64,000 bases of DNA from an uncultured Eudoraea sp. (GCA_947258555.1 CAMYJF010000002.1:12070-76069); one strand, 5' to 3'; counted from the stretch's first letter, positions 39,132-49,458 are shown. Notes: a model not told the origin generated them from the letters alone. Program-made: numbers and translations.

Positions 39132-41640
39132 AAGACCCTTCGAACTCAAAATCATCATCCCCATTCATACGCGGGTTCCTTCCTTGGCGCTGAGCTTGTT
39201 GCTGGTTAAACCTAAATAGCAGGGAGGCTGTGATCTGACGTTCTCTCCATTGAAATTCGCTATACGTAAACACATTATCCGTCCTTGTTTCACTGCGGCG
39301 CTTACGCGAATTAAACAAGTCGCTTACGTTTAGTGAGAGTGTCATTTTGTCCTTGATCAGATCCTTGCTAAACGCCAGGTTTGTGCTCAAGATCCCTTTA
39401 TTCTTGCTTTGGGCATTTTCTGAAGGGCCCCGATAGAAAAGATTGGTTTGAAAATCAATCGCAGCGGGTAGTGGTAATTTGGCACTTAAACGTGTGAACC
39501 AGGTAAAATTATCCGCGTCAAAATTTTGAACGATCTCCTCATTCATAAAATTTGTATACTGATAATCGCCTCGTAATTTCTGCTGGAAGAGATTAATATT
39601 CCATGTTAGCCTCCAACTGCGTTTCGGTGTCCAGGAAGAAGTAGCTTCCCAGCCAATACGGGTGTCAGTGGCCAGATTGATGGGCGTGCGGGCTTGTACC
39701 GGTACAAAGACAGGATTAGCAGGATCATCAGGATTATCAATCTCCACTAGATCTCCTGTCTCTAACGTAATGAACTGAAATACACCTGTAGATCGGTTGT
39801 AATAGCCCGATGTGGTAAAAGTGACTTTTTCCCATCGCTTCAAATAGCCAATATCAAAGGCATTGGTATAGGTAGGATCCAAATTGGGATTCCCCTGGAA
39901 CAAGTTTGTATTACTGGAACGGGAGGGGAATGGATTAATAAACCTGGATCTGGGCCTTCTAAGACGCCTGCTATAACTGATCGTAAACTGTTCCTTCTCC
40001 GAAAATTCATAGCCAAAGAATAGGGAAGGAAACCAATCTGTGTATTTCTTGTTGTTCAGATCGTTGGTTGTGATCAGGTTCACGCCAATGTCGGATGCTT
40101 CCATCCGAAGGCCGCCTAGAACATTAAATTTACCCGCTTTAGTGCCCAACTGCATATAGGCAGCATTTACATATTCCTTATAATCTAGTTTGTTGCTAAA
40201 ATCCGGATCGGCGTCTAAATTGCCATTTTCCAGGATGCCAAAAGTAAAATCGGTAACAAACCTGTTAAAGCTGCCCCGATACCCCAATTCTAATTGCGCC
40301 TGGTTCTTTTCGCCGAATGGCAAGACATAATCAAACTGGACTAATTGCCTTTTTTGCATTTCATCATTAAGCGTCTGCTCTAACGGAAGGCTCTCATTTG
40401 CATTAAGAACAGTCTCCTCGATGATAGCATTTTCGAATTCGGTCTGAGAGGAATACTGATAGTCAAAAGTGAACTCATGTCCGGAGTCATCAATTTCATG
40501 TTTGAAGTTTAGTGCATATTGTATACGTTCATCATCTTCAGTTTCATTCGTATATCGATCCCTTTGGACGGTCGGTTGACCTGCTGCATCAAAATTGAAG
40601 AAATCAATGTTAATATCGTCTACTCCATCAGAATTGCCATATACAAGCGAATTCGTTATGCTGGTCTTTGGAGCGAAAAAGTATTCGAAGCCAATGTTGA
40701 CATTATAGCCGTTACGCTCCCGTTGGTATTTCCGGAACTCATCCTGAAAGCTCACCGTATTGCCATTGCTGTCAAAATTCTCTTGCTCAAAAAGAGCATT
40801 ACCCGGCGCATTTCGATAACGGTAGGTAGTGTTGGTAAAAAAATTGAACTTCTCACGCCTGAGATTCAAACTAACAGCCCCTCCAAAATTGTCAGGATTC
40901 CCGGCAAATACATTTAGCGATCCATTGACACCGCTTGTTTTACTTTGTTTAAGGACAATGTTCAGGATCCCGGCCGTACCTTCCGCATCATAACGTGCAG
41001 ATGGGTTGGTGATGACCTCTACTTTTTCGATAGCTTCAGCTGGTAGCTGCTGCAGGGTTTCCGGGTTGAGTCCGGATAGGGCAGAGGGTTTCCCGTTAAT
41101 AAGGATACGTACACTTTCGTTACCCCTCAGGCTGATATTTCCCTCAACATCTACTGTAACCGAAGGGACATTGTCAAGTACATCCGTTACTGAACCGCCC
41201 CTTACAGTCAGGTCGGAGCCTACATTGTATACTTTTTTATCCAGTCGCAATTCTACCGTAGTTCGCTCCCCGACAACCTCCACAGCCTCAAGCTGCTCAA
41301 CATCTATTGCCAGGCGGATCGTACCCAGGTCAGTCGATGCTTCGAACGTTAGTCCTTCCTGGGAATATGTTTTATAAGAAAGGTATTCTACACGTACATT
41401 ATACCTTCCAGGAAAGGTAGAGACGTTAAATTTTCCATCCAGTTCTGTGAGTCCGCCCGTTACCCGGTCCGGGTTTCTAAGACTTTGTAGAATTAAAGTG
41501 GCGTATTCCAGGGGCTGCCCGGTATCGGCATCTACTACGGTTCCAGTGATTTCAATGGGTTGTGGACGTGTGCCTTGAGGGCGTTGTCCTGCTAGAAAGA
41601 TAGGTAAGCACAAGAGCAGGATCAGCAGGGGTTTTTGCAT
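39130..41640 (-). CDS. Outer-membrane beta-barrel protein, TonB-dependent-receptor type (CarboxypepD_reg + Plug + barrel)
   Basis: The signal peptide starts at MQKPLLILLLCLPIFLAGQ (ATG 41640). ITGTVVDADTGQPLEYATL carboxypeptidase-regulatory domain and Plug motifs are present. The C-terminal region is long, aromatic/Gly-rich with alternating pattern, and the barrel terminus ends in F. Confidence 0.85.
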   Translation of the reverse strand: MQKPLLILLLCLPIFLAGQRPQGTRPQPIEITGTVVDADTGQPLEYATLILQSLRNPDRVTGGLTELDGKFNVSTFPGRYNVRVEYLSYKTYSQEGLTFEASTDLGTIRLAIDVEQLEAVEVVGERTTVELRLDKKVYNVGSDLTVRGGSVTDVLDNVPSVTVDVEGNISLRGNESVRILINGKPSALSGLNPETLQQLPAEAIEKVEVITNPSARYDAEGTAGILNIVLKQSKTSGVNGSLNVFAGNPDNFGGAVSLNLRREKFNFFTNTTYRYRNAPGNALFEQENFDSNGNTVSFQDEFRKYQRERNGYNVNIGFEYFFAPKTSITNSLVYGNSDGVDDINIDFFNFDAAGQPTVQRDRYTNETEDDERIQYALNFKHEIDDSGHEFTFDYQYSSQTEFENAIIEETVLNANESLPLEQTLNDEMQKRQLVQFDYVLPFGEKNQAQLELGYRGSFNRFVTDFTFGILENGNLDADPDFSNKLDYKEYVNAAYMQLGTKAGKFNVLGGLRMEASDIGVNLITTNDLNNKKYTDWFPSLFFGYEFSEKEQFTISYSRRLRRPRSRFINPFPSRSSNTNLFQGNPNLDPTYTNAFDIGYLKRWEKVTFTTSGYYNRSTGVFQFITLETGDLVEIDNPDDPANPVFVPVQARTPINLATDTRIGWEATSSWTPKRSWRLTWNINLFQQKLRGDYQYTNFMNEEIVQNFDADNFTWFTRLSAKLPLPAAIDFQTNLFYRGPSENAQSKNKGILSTNLAFSKDLIKDKMTLSLNVSDLFNSRKRRSETRTDNVFTYSEFQWRERQITASLLFRFNQQQAQRQGRNPRMNGDDDFEFEGS

Positions 41641-41641
41641 G

Positions 41642-42088
41642 TTAGGTTTTAGATTTCTTCTTTTTCTTCTTTTTTTTCGCCTTTCCCCGATTCTCATAGA
41701 GATCTTGTAAGGCTTGATATTTTTCAGAAGGAAGGCTTTGTTCTAATTCTGCCTCCTGTTCCAACTTCATATTTTCCAGTGCCTCTCTATTCTTATCCGC
41801 TTCCAAAGCCAGGATCCGTAATTCGATCCTTTTTTGCACATATTTAGTAAGGATAGAACGTACTACGGCTTCTTCAAATGGATTGAGTTCACAAGCCTCC
41901 ATGATCTTTGGCATCTGCAATTCTACCAGCTCTTCAGCTGTTAAGGCCTCAGGTTCTTCCATACGTCCGTTTTGATCGCGAGGCATAACCGGGGCGCCAC
42001 GTGTTCCATATTGTCGGTATGGGGTGCCCACTTGCGCTAATACTGCGCCATTGATCATAAAAACAAATAAGAATAAAATTACACGCAT
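41642..42088 (-). CDS. Secreted hypothetical protein with poly-lysine C-terminal tail
   Basis: Signal peptide MRVILFLFVFMINGAVLAQ, a helical acidic body, and a terminal KAKKKKKKKKSKT. Its stop is 1 nt from the downstream OMP start. Confidence 0.6.
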   Translation of the reverse strand: MRVILFLFVFMINGAVLAQVGTPYRQYGTRGAPVMPRDQNGRMEEPEALTAEELVELQMPKIMEACELNPFEEAVVRSILTKYVQKRIELRILALEADKNREALENMKLEQEAELEQSLPSEKYQALQDLYENRGKAKKKKKKKKSKT

Positions 42089-42164
42089 TGTACTAAAAAA
42101 ATATGACCACAAAAATAGACGAAGGTTTACCCGTGGCAGGTTAAAACTATGTTAAATACACTGT

Positions 42165-42515
42165 CTAATTATTACCCAGAAATTCGGTGATCTTTTCACC
42201 GGGGCGACCTATCACAGCGCGTTTTCCATCACTGACAACAGGTCTTTCGATCAAGGAGGGGTTCTCTTGCATGGCGGTGAGAATATCATCTTCAGTTAAC
42301 TCCTTTCCCTTATAGTCCGATTTCCAAACAGCCTCATTTTTCCTGACAAGTGTTTCGGCAGGGACGCCCAGGGCTTTTACTATCAATTGAAGCTCCTTCT
42401 TTGACAAGGGATCTTTTTGATAGAGTCGCACTTCATGTGCTTTGCCACTGGCTTCTAATAGTTGCAGACCTTCCCGTGATTTCCTGCACCTGGGATTGTG
42501 ATAAATTGTGATCAT
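42165..42515 (-). CDS. ArsC/Spx/MgsR-family protein (glutaredoxin-like fold)
   Basis: MITIYHNPRCRKSR N-terminus and IERPVV motif; 116 aa. Confidence 0.78.
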   Translation of the reverse strand: MITIYHNPRCRKSREGLQLLEASGKAHEVRLYQKDPLSKKELQLIVKALGVPAETLVRKNEAVWKSDYKGKELTEDDILTAMQENPSLIERPVVSDGKRAVIGRPGEKITEFLGNN

Positions 42516-42520
42516 AGGTA

Positions 42521-43628
42521 TTAATTTAGATCTGAGGTGTCTCGTTGCCCCATCATCATCAAATAGGCTTTTAGAAAGGCATCCAGGTCGCCGTCCATAA
42601 CAGCATCTACGTTCCCCGTTTCCTGACTTGTGCGCACATCTTTCACAAGTTTATATGGATGCATGACATAGTTGCGGATCTGAGAGCCCCATTCGATCTT
42701 TAGCTTAGTTGATTCGATAGCAGCACGCGCCTCTTGTTTCTTTCTTAATTCAATTTCATACAATTGCGACTTCAGCATTTTTAGTGCCGTAGCCCTGTTA
42801 TCGTGTTGTGACCTGGAATCGGAACAAGAGATCTGTATCCCAGAAGGTTTATGTACCAATTGCACCTTGGTCTCAACTTTATTTACATTCTGGCCTCCGG
42901 CTCCGCTGGAGCGGGCTGTCGTAATTTCTATATCCGAAGGATTTACGTCAATTTCAATGCTGTCATCCACCAAGGGGTAGACATAGACTGAAGCAAAGGA
43001 AGTATGTCTTTTCGCATTGCTGTCGAATGGAGAGATCCGGACGAGCCTGTGCACCCCGTTTTCCCCTTTTAACCAGCCAAAGGCAAACTCACCATTAATC
43101 TCCAGGGTTACGGTTTTAATGCCGGCCACATCGCCTTCCTGGTAGTTCAATTCTTTAACGGAAAAGCCATTCCGTTCTGCCCAACGCATATACATACGCA
43201 TAAGCATGGCAGCCCAATCACAGCTTTCTGTACCCCCGGCCCCTGCAGTTATCTGTAAAACGGCACTGAGTTCATCGCCTTCCTCGGAAAGCATATTTCG
43301 GAATTCCAGAGCTTCGATCTTTTCCCTGGCTTTCTCATAGGCTTGCTGCAATTCTTCTTCCACCTCTTCCCCGGAGGCATGAAATTCCATAAGAACTTCC
43401 ATATCGGAAACCAGGCTCTCCGCTTCTTCAAAGTCGGTGACCCATTTCTTCTTGTTCTTTATAAATTTTACCTGGACCTGAGCTTTTTGAGGATCGTCCC
43501 AGAAGTCGGGGGCGAGTGTTTTTTCCTCTTCGTTCTCAATTTCAATACGCTTGGCTTCAATGTCAAAGATACCTCCTCAGCGCTCCGAGGCGCTCAACAA
43601 GACCTTTACTTTGTTCCGTTGTGATCAT
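42521..43628 (-). CDS. prfB: Peptide chain release factor 2, requiring a programmed +1 ribosomal frameshift at 43565
   Basis: ORF0 is ATG 43628 ... CTT TGA ([21 protein letters not shown]). The +1 frame continues [14 protein letters not shown]... into the 293-aa ORF, which carries SPF (RISPFDS) and GGQ ([10 protein letters not shown]). The total is about 368 aa. Confidence 0.95.
43562..43577 (-). promoter_or_regulatory. prfB: prfB recoding signal: AGGAGG TAT CTT TGA C
   Basis: Internal Shine-Dalgarno-like AGGAGG, 3 nt before the slippery CUU-UGA-C. It is nearly identical to the E. coli prfB site AGGGGG UAU CUU UGA C. Confidence 0.9.
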
Positions 43629-43713
43629 CGTCAATGAAGTTTCGGCAAATTTAGGGCTATTGTATGGTTGTGCAATCTATTTTATATAATTTTAGTCAGA
43701 TAAATCAACCACT

Positions 43714-46125
43714 ATGAAAATGCGATGCCTGAGTTATTTTACCCTCTTATTTGTATGTGTAAATACATACGCTCAATTCACAGATAAAAGCTCCGAATAC
43801 CAAAAGTTCAAGGGCTTTTTTGATTTCTATTATGATGACAAAAAAGACAAGATCTTTTTAGAGGTCGATAAAGTGGATGAGGAGTTTTTGTATGTGTATT
43901 CGCTAAGTAGTGGCATAGGAAGCAATGATATTGGTCTCGATCGGGGGCAATTAGGAAATGAGCAAGTAGTTTATTTTAAAAAAGCAGGGACAAAACTCCT
44001 CTTAGTACAACCTAATCTAAGATACAGGGCCCTCACAGATAACAAACTGGAAAAGCAGTCTGTAGAGCAAGCGTTCGCGAAATCTGTCTTGTTTGGTTTT
44101 CCCATCATCGAAGAAAATAAAGGCGCTTATTATATTGACATCACCGATTTCCTGATGCAGGATGCACACAGGGTAGCGGCCCGACTCAAAAGGGCGAAGC
44201 AGGGATCTTACAGCCTGGATAAAAGCAAGAGTGCTTTTGATTTTAACAGGACGAAGGCATTCCCTAATAATCTGGAATTTGATGCCATTTTAACCTTTAA
44301 AGGGGAGCCGCAGGGGGGTTATATACGCTCTGTGACGCCTAATCCTAACTTAGTCACGGTGTCTCAGCATCATTCATTTATTGAACTCCCGGATTCCGAG
44401 TATGAGCCAAGGGAATTTGATCCGCGATGCGGGGCCTATCCTTTTAGTTATTATGACTACGCCACTCCGGTAGAGGAGCCTATTTTAAAGCGATATGTTA
44501 CACGTCACAGATTGCAAAAGAAGGACCCGAATGCAGAAGTCAGCGAAGCTGTAGAGCCTATTATCTACTATTTGGATAATGGAACCCCGGAGCCCGTGCG
44601 TACTGCACTGCTGGAAGGGGGTAGATGGTGGAACCAGGCCTATGAGAGTATCGGATTTAAAGATGCCTTCCAGGTACGGATCCTGCCAGATGATGCAGAC
44701 CCGTTGGATGTGCGCTATAATGTGATCCAGTGGGTGCATAGATCGACACGTGGATGGAGTTATGGTTCGAGTGTGAGTGATCCCCGAACCGGAGAGATCA
44801 TCAAAGGACATGTGAGTCTGGGAAGTCTCCGTATTCGCCAGGATTTTTTGATCGCCCAGGCTTTGATGGACAAGCCCTTTGCCGAACGGGATGATAATCA
44901 TGAGGCCATGCTGGAAATGGCCCTTGCCAGGATCCGTCAGTTATCGGCACATGAAATTGGACACACCCTGGGTTTCGCGCATAATTTTGCGGCCAGTACA
45001 AATAATAGAGCCTCAGTAATGGACTACCCGCATCCCTATGTGGCCATCAAAGGCGGTGCTTTAAATTTTAAGGAAGCTTATGATACCGGAATAGGAGATT
45101 GGGATAAGGTGTCAGTAGCCTATTCATATTCAGATTTTGGTCAGGATGCAGATGAAGGCGAGGCCCTGAATTCTATTCTGGAAAGGGCTTTTCAAAGAGG
45201 CTTGCGCTATATTTCCGATCAGGATGCCAGGCCACAGGGAGGGTCTCATGCCCAGGCACACTTATGGGATAATGGTACTATTCCTTCGCAGGAGTTAGGA
45301 AGAGTATTAGAAGTTCGGGAAAAAGCCATCTCACAATTTTCTATAGATAACATACGCACCGATGAGCCTAATTCAGTTTTAGAAGATGTTTTTGTACCTC
45401 TCTATTTTTTCCACAGGTATCAAGCAGAAGCCGCTGTCAAGCTTATTGGAGGTCAAAATTACACCTATGCAGTGAAGGGATCCGCTTCACCGGTCGTCAG
45501 TACGCTCTCGAAAGATGCGCAATTGAAAGCCCTGGAACAGATGCTCCAAACATTAGATCCAAATACATTGATGATACCCGAGCATGTCTTAAAATTATTT
45601 CCGCCGCGGGCTATGGGATACCCCAGGACAAGGGAATCTTTTAATGGAGTGACCGGCGTGAGCTTTGATGCTATTTCGGCAGCAGAAACAGCGGCTGATT
45701 TTAGTCTTTCTCTATTACTGCATCCTCAGCGTGCATCTCGTTTGGTTCAAAACAAAGCTTTGGATAAGAACCAGTTAGGCCTTGAAGAAATGCTGGATAA
45801 TTTAATGGAAGCCAGCCTAAACAGATCAGGTGGTTCCGGCTATGCCGAAACCATCAGGAATGCAGTGAATTTTAGGGTGATCCACCATCTGATGAACCTC
45901 GCTGCGCACAACCAGGTTTATGATCAGGTGAACGCGATCGCTGCAGCCCGACTCCTGACCATCAAAAAAGAGCTCCTCACCAAAAAACCTCAGGCTGTCC
46001 ATATAGAAATGGTAAGAAGGATCGACGCCTTCTTTGAGGATATGGATGAGTTTAAACCAACGCCTGTGGCAAAGATCCCGGATGGTTCGCCTATAGGGAT
46101 GTCATGCATGGAACCCCTAAAATAG
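43714..46125 (+). CDS. Secreted zinc-dependent metalloprotease (DUF5117/DUF4953-type, 803 aa)
   Basis: Signal peptide and HEIGHTLGFAHNF zincin motif. Length and layout match large Bacteroidota metalloproteases. Confidence 0.8.
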   Translation: MKMRCLSYFTLLFVCVNTYAQFTDKSSEYQKFKGFFDFYYDDKKDKIFLEVDKVDEEFLYVYSLSSGIGSNDIGLDRGQLGNEQVVYFKKAGTKLLLVQPNLRYRALTDNKLEKQSVEQAFAKSVLFGFPIIEENKGAYYIDITDFLMQDAHRVAARLKRAKQGSYSLDKSKSAFDFNRTKAFPNNLEFDAILTFKGEPQGGYIRSVTPNPNLVTVSQHHSFIELPDSEYEPREFDPRCGAYPFSYYDYATPVEEPILKRYVTRHRLQKKDPNAEVSEAVEPIIYYLDNGTPEPVRTALLEGGRWWNQAYESIGFKDAFQVRILPDDADPLDVRYNVIQWVHRSTRGWSYGSSVSDPRTGEIIKGHVSLGSLRIRQDFLIAQALMDKPFAERDDNHEAMLEMALARIRQLSAHEIGHTLGFAHNFAASTNNRASVMDYPHPYVAIKGGALNFKEAYDTGIGDWDKVSVAYSYSDFGQDADEGEALNSILERAFQRGLRYISDQDARPQGGSHAQAHLWDNGTIPSQELGRVLEVREKAISQFSIDNIRTDEPNSVLEDVFVPLYFFHRYQAEAAVKLIGGQNYTYAVKGSASPVVSTLSKDAQLKALEQMLQTLDPNTLMIPEHVLKLFPPRAMGYPRTRESFNGVTGVSFDAISAAETAADFSLSLLLHPQRASRLVQNKALDKNQLGLEEMLDNLMEASLNRSGGSGYAETIRNAVNFRVIHHLMNLAAHNQVYDQVNAIAAARLLTIKKELLTKKPQAVHIEMVRRIDAFFEDMDEFKPTPVAKIPDGSPIGMSCMEPLK

Positions 46126-46129
46126 TAAG

Positions 46130-47155
46130 GTGAAGATCAACCTGATCAGCGATACTGTTGCCCACCCTACACCGGGAATGCTCGATGCGATGATGCGTGC
46201 CGAGGTGGGGGATGATGTCTTTAAGGAAGATCCTACAGTAAATGCATTAGAGGAGAAAGTAGCCGAAATGTTTGGTATGGAAGCCGCATTGTTCTTTCCT
46301 AGTGGGACCATGACCAATCAAACTGCCATAAAACTGCACACACAGCCTGGAGACCAGCTGATCTGCGATAAATATGCCCATGTTTATAATTATGAGGGAG
46401 GCGGGGCCAGCTTTAACAGTGGCGTATCGTGCAAGCTTGTAGACGGAGACAGGGGGATGATGAGCGTCTCCCAGGTCGAAGAAGCCATAAATCCGCCCGA
46501 TTTCTACCATAGCCCACGAACGGCCTTAGTATGCATTGAAAATACGACAAACAAGGGAGGTGGCGCTTGTTGGGATGTGGCAGCGCTCAGAAAGATAAAA
46601 TCCCTATGTACGACAAATGGGCTAGCCTATCATTTAGACGGAGCCCGCATATGGAACGCGATCGTGGCAGGTGCCATAGATCCCAAAACCTGTGGTGAAC
46701 TCTTTGATACCATCAGTGTATGTTTAAGTAAAGGCCTCGGTTGTCCTGTAGGTTCACTCTTAATAGGTGCCGAGCCACTGATCGAGGAAGCCATTCGTAT
46801 TCGAAAGATCCTGGGTGGGGGCATGCGGCAAAGTGGTTATTTGGCTGCAGCGGGCATCTATGCCCTTGATAACCATATAGACCGACTAGCAGAGGACCAT
46901 ACAAAAGCCAAAGAACTGGGAGAACTTTTAACTGCTCAAGATTGGGTAAGTTATGTAGCCCCGGTAGAGACAAACATCCTGATCTTTGAACTAAATGAAA
47001 AATTGATATCTACAGAGGTCTTTATGGACCGTCTTAAGACTGAAGATATTCACATTATCGGGATGGGTGGTGGAAAACTGCGAATGGTAACCCACCTGGA
47101 TTATACAAATGCGATGCACGATAAGGTTGTATCCGTACTTTCCAAGATTGCCTAA
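46130..47155 (+). CDS. ltaE: Low-specificity L-threonine aldolase (beta-eliminating lyase family)
   Basis: SDTVAHPT, DDVF.EDPTVN and PSGTMTNQ motifs, with a PLP lysine region (CLSKGLG). GTG start. Confidence 0.85.
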   Translation: MKINLISDTVAHPTPGMLDAMMRAEVGDDVFKEDPTVNALEEKVAEMFGMEAALFFPSGTMTNQTAIKLHTQPGDQLICDKYAHVYNYEGGGASFNSGVSCKLVDGDRGMMSVSQVEEAINPPDFYHSPRTALVCIENTTNKGGGACWDVAALRKIKSLCTTNGLAYHLDGARIWNAIVAGAIDPKTCGELFDTISVCLSKGLGCPVGSLLIGAEPLIEEAIRIRKILGGGMRQSGYLAAAGIYALDNHIDRLAEDHTKAKELGELLTAQDWVSYVAPVETNILIFELNEKLISTEVFMDRLKTEDIHIIGMGGGKLRMVTHLDYTNAMHDKVVSVLSKIA

Positions 47156-47408
47156 TACTCACATTACAGCAACTACTGACTATTCGTGAAACCTTCACGG
47201 AAGGGAGTTAGCGCAAAACTTTCAAAATTGGAGATTAAGTAAGAATTTTCTTAACAAAATTTAATATTTTGGATCAATCTTGCATTTAATCGGCTATTTC
47301 GTGCATTTCACCGATTGTTAAATTATTATTGAAAGCATGTTAATGCGAAAAAAATAGAATTGGGGATTTTCGCAAGCATATATTAATTCATTAAAACACT
47401 AGACTATT

Positions 47409-48509
47409 ATGAAAAGAAATTTATTTCTTTTGGCGGTATTAGTAACCGCCTATGGGATGGCACAAGACCTCCCAACCAACCCCGAGCCAGGTAAGTGCTA
47501 CGTACGTTGTACAACACCTGATGTTTACGTCAATGAAACAGTGACGATTACCCTGAAACCTGCTTACAAAGTCCTACGGACGGTTCCTGCCACATTCAAA
47601 ACAGTAACGGAAAGAGTATTGGTAAAAGAAGAAGGTAAGCGTTTATCTGTTGTACCCGCAAAATGGGGAACAGAAACTGTTTCTTACGTATCAAAAGAAG
47701 GTGGAAGCACCTTATCTATAATTCCGGCTAAATTTTCGCCAAGTTCGGAAACGATCGAGGTAAAGCCGGCCTATGCCCAGTGGGAATTAGGTGCACCAGC
47801 ACCTGATTGTGCTTCCGGAAATCCGGACGACTGTCGCTATTGGTGTTACAAAGGCTATCCTGCGGAATACACAACTGTGTCTACTCAGGTAATGGCCAAT
47901 AATGCCAGTACAGCGTCTGCACCTATTGGTTCTAAATCCGGGTCGTATACCAAGCGCGTTATGCTTGAGCCTGCCCGTGTAGTTGAGGAGATCATTCCTG
48001 CAGAATACACAGAGATCACCAAAACGGTTTTGGACTCAGATGCAGCTACAGTTGAAGAAACTATTCCTGCTGAAACTCGCACGGTAACACGCGAAGTATT
48101 AAAGGAGAAAGGTGGACTAACTACCTGGAATGAAGTTGAGTGTTCTTTAGTAGAATACCAAGCGCTTCCTATCAATTGGAACGTAGGTAGTGCCTCTCTT
48201 ACTTCTGAAGCTATGCGTATTATCGATTCTCGTTTAATGCCTGTTCTGCAACAGAACCCGGGTGTTAAATTGGAAATTGCGTCGCATACAGATGCACGTG
48301 GTACTGCTACCTCTAATCAGAGTCTTTCTGAAAGAAGAGCAAAAGCAGTTGCAGATTACCTGATGACTAAAGGTGTTAACTCCAGCTTATTGGTTGCCAA
48401 TGGCTATGGAGAGCGCAACCTTAAGAATCGCTGCGCTGATGGTGTTTCTTGTACAGAAAGAGAGCATTCTGCTAACAGGAGAACAGAATTCAGGTTGATC
48501 AACAATTAA
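47409..48509 (+). CDS. OmpA-family protein
   Basis: Signal peptide and a C-terminal OmpA domain (HTDARGT...NQSLSERRAKAVADYL...GYGE...NRRTEF). Confidence 0.88.
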   Translation: MKRNLFLLAVLVTAYGMAQDLPTNPEPGKCYVRCTTPDVYVNETVTITLKPAYKVLRTVPATFKTVTERVLVKEEGKRLSVVPAKWGTETVSYVSKEGGSTLSIIPAKFSPSSETIEVKPAYAQWELGAPAPDCASGNPDDCRYWCYKGYPAEYTTVSTQVMANNASTASAPIGSKSGSYTKRVMLEPARVVEEIIPAEYTEITKTVLDSDAATVEETIPAETRTVTREVLKEKGGLTTWNEVECSLVEYQALPINWNVGSASLTSEAMRIIDSRLMPVLQQNPGVKLEIASHTDARGTATSNQSLSERRAKAVADYLMTKGVNSSLLVANGYGERNLKNRCADGVSCTEREHSANRRTEFRLINN

Positions 48510-48524
48510 TCTGATTCTTACAGA

Positions 48525-48558
48525 AACAAAAAAGGCTTCCAAATGGAAGCCTTTTTTT
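48525..48558. terminator. Bidirectional terminator between convergent genes
   Basis: AAAAAAGGCTTCCAAATGGAAGCCTTTTTTT. Confidence 0.7.
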
Positions 48559-48573
48559 ATTAAGCAGGGGTTC

Positions 48574-49032
48574 TTAGCCCTTATTCTTTTCCATAAATTC
48601 CAGGTGATACCGGATCTCGCCGGTCATATTATATCCAGACATTTTATCCAGTTGTCGTTCTTTAGGATCAACTACCGTAAATAAAGGGAACACATTCTTC
48701 TTATTCAAGCGTGGCAGGAGCGCCTTGTTATGTGCAAGTTGTGTCGACGATAATAGATCTTTATTCATGGGAATATCTACATATAATAGTATGTAGTCCT
48801 CAGAAGCCGTTCTAAAATCATCGGTTTCAAAGAAATCCGTCTTCAACTTCTTGCAGGGTGCACACCAATCGCTACCCGTAAAGTATACCAGGATATTCTT
48901 ATTTTCTTCTTTCGATTCTTTCAGCGCCTTATCGTAGTTCAGATGCCAGTTTATATCGGCAACCGATATCTTATCGCTTTGACTAAATCCGATAATAGGG
49001 AGAAGAAGAAAAAGTAATAAATAAGGTTTCAT
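48574..49032 (-). CDS. Secreted thioredoxin-family protein
   Basis: Signal peptide and a WCAPC redox motif in a thioredoxin-like context. Confidence 0.75.
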   Translation of the reverse strand: MKPYLLLFLLLPIIGFSQSDKISVADINWHLNYDKALKESKEENKNILVYFTGSDWCAPCKKLKTDFFETDDFRTASEDYILLYVDIPMNKDLLSSTQLAHNKALLPRLNKKNVFPLFTVVDPKERQLDKMSGYNMTGEIRYHLEFMEKNKG

Positions 49033-49075
49033 AAAGGTATTTGTGTTTATTGAACAAGAAGTATGCCGCCTTCCA

Positions 49076-49402
49076 TCATTTTAAGAACGCGTCAATGCCC
49101 GGAATATTGGGGAGTCCTTCTTTGGCTACGGCTTTCAGTTCAGCATTATGTACTTCTCCGGCTTTCGTAATGGCCTTATTCAGGGCACTAACCAGGGCTT
49201 CCTGCAGTTTATCTTTATCTGTAAGCAATGAATCATCAATATGTATTGCTTTTATCTCCCGGTTAGCTGTTATTTGAATTTCCAGCGTCTCATCCTCAGA
49301 TAGTTCACGTAGTTCTATAGTATTCAGTCGCTCCCTGGTGGCCTTCACTTTTTCCTTCGCCTCTTTCAGCTTACCCATCATACCCATCATATCTCCTAAC
49401 AT
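49076..49402 (-). CDS. YbaB/EbfC-family nucleoid-associated protein
   Basis: MLGDMMGMMGKLKEAKEKV... N-terminus and about 108 aa are typical of YbaB. ATG 49402 is preferred to the longer ORF. Confidence 0.75.
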   Translation of the reverse strand: MLGDMMGMMGKLKEAKEKVKATRERLNTIELRELSEDETLEIQITANREIKAIHIDDSLLTDKDKLQEALVSALNKAITKAGEVHNAELKAVAKEGLPNIPGIDAFLK

Positions 49403-49458
49403 AGTTTCTATATTTGATGGCTTAAAATTAGTAAATTGCGCCGCTAAATCATGCACTT

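Noticed and set aside
41641-41697. N-terminal extension of the OMP ORF (MRIGERRKKRRKRRNLKPN...)
   Set aside because: It is the alternative-frame reading of the upstream gene's poly-lysine tract. A proper signal peptide begins at ATG 41640.
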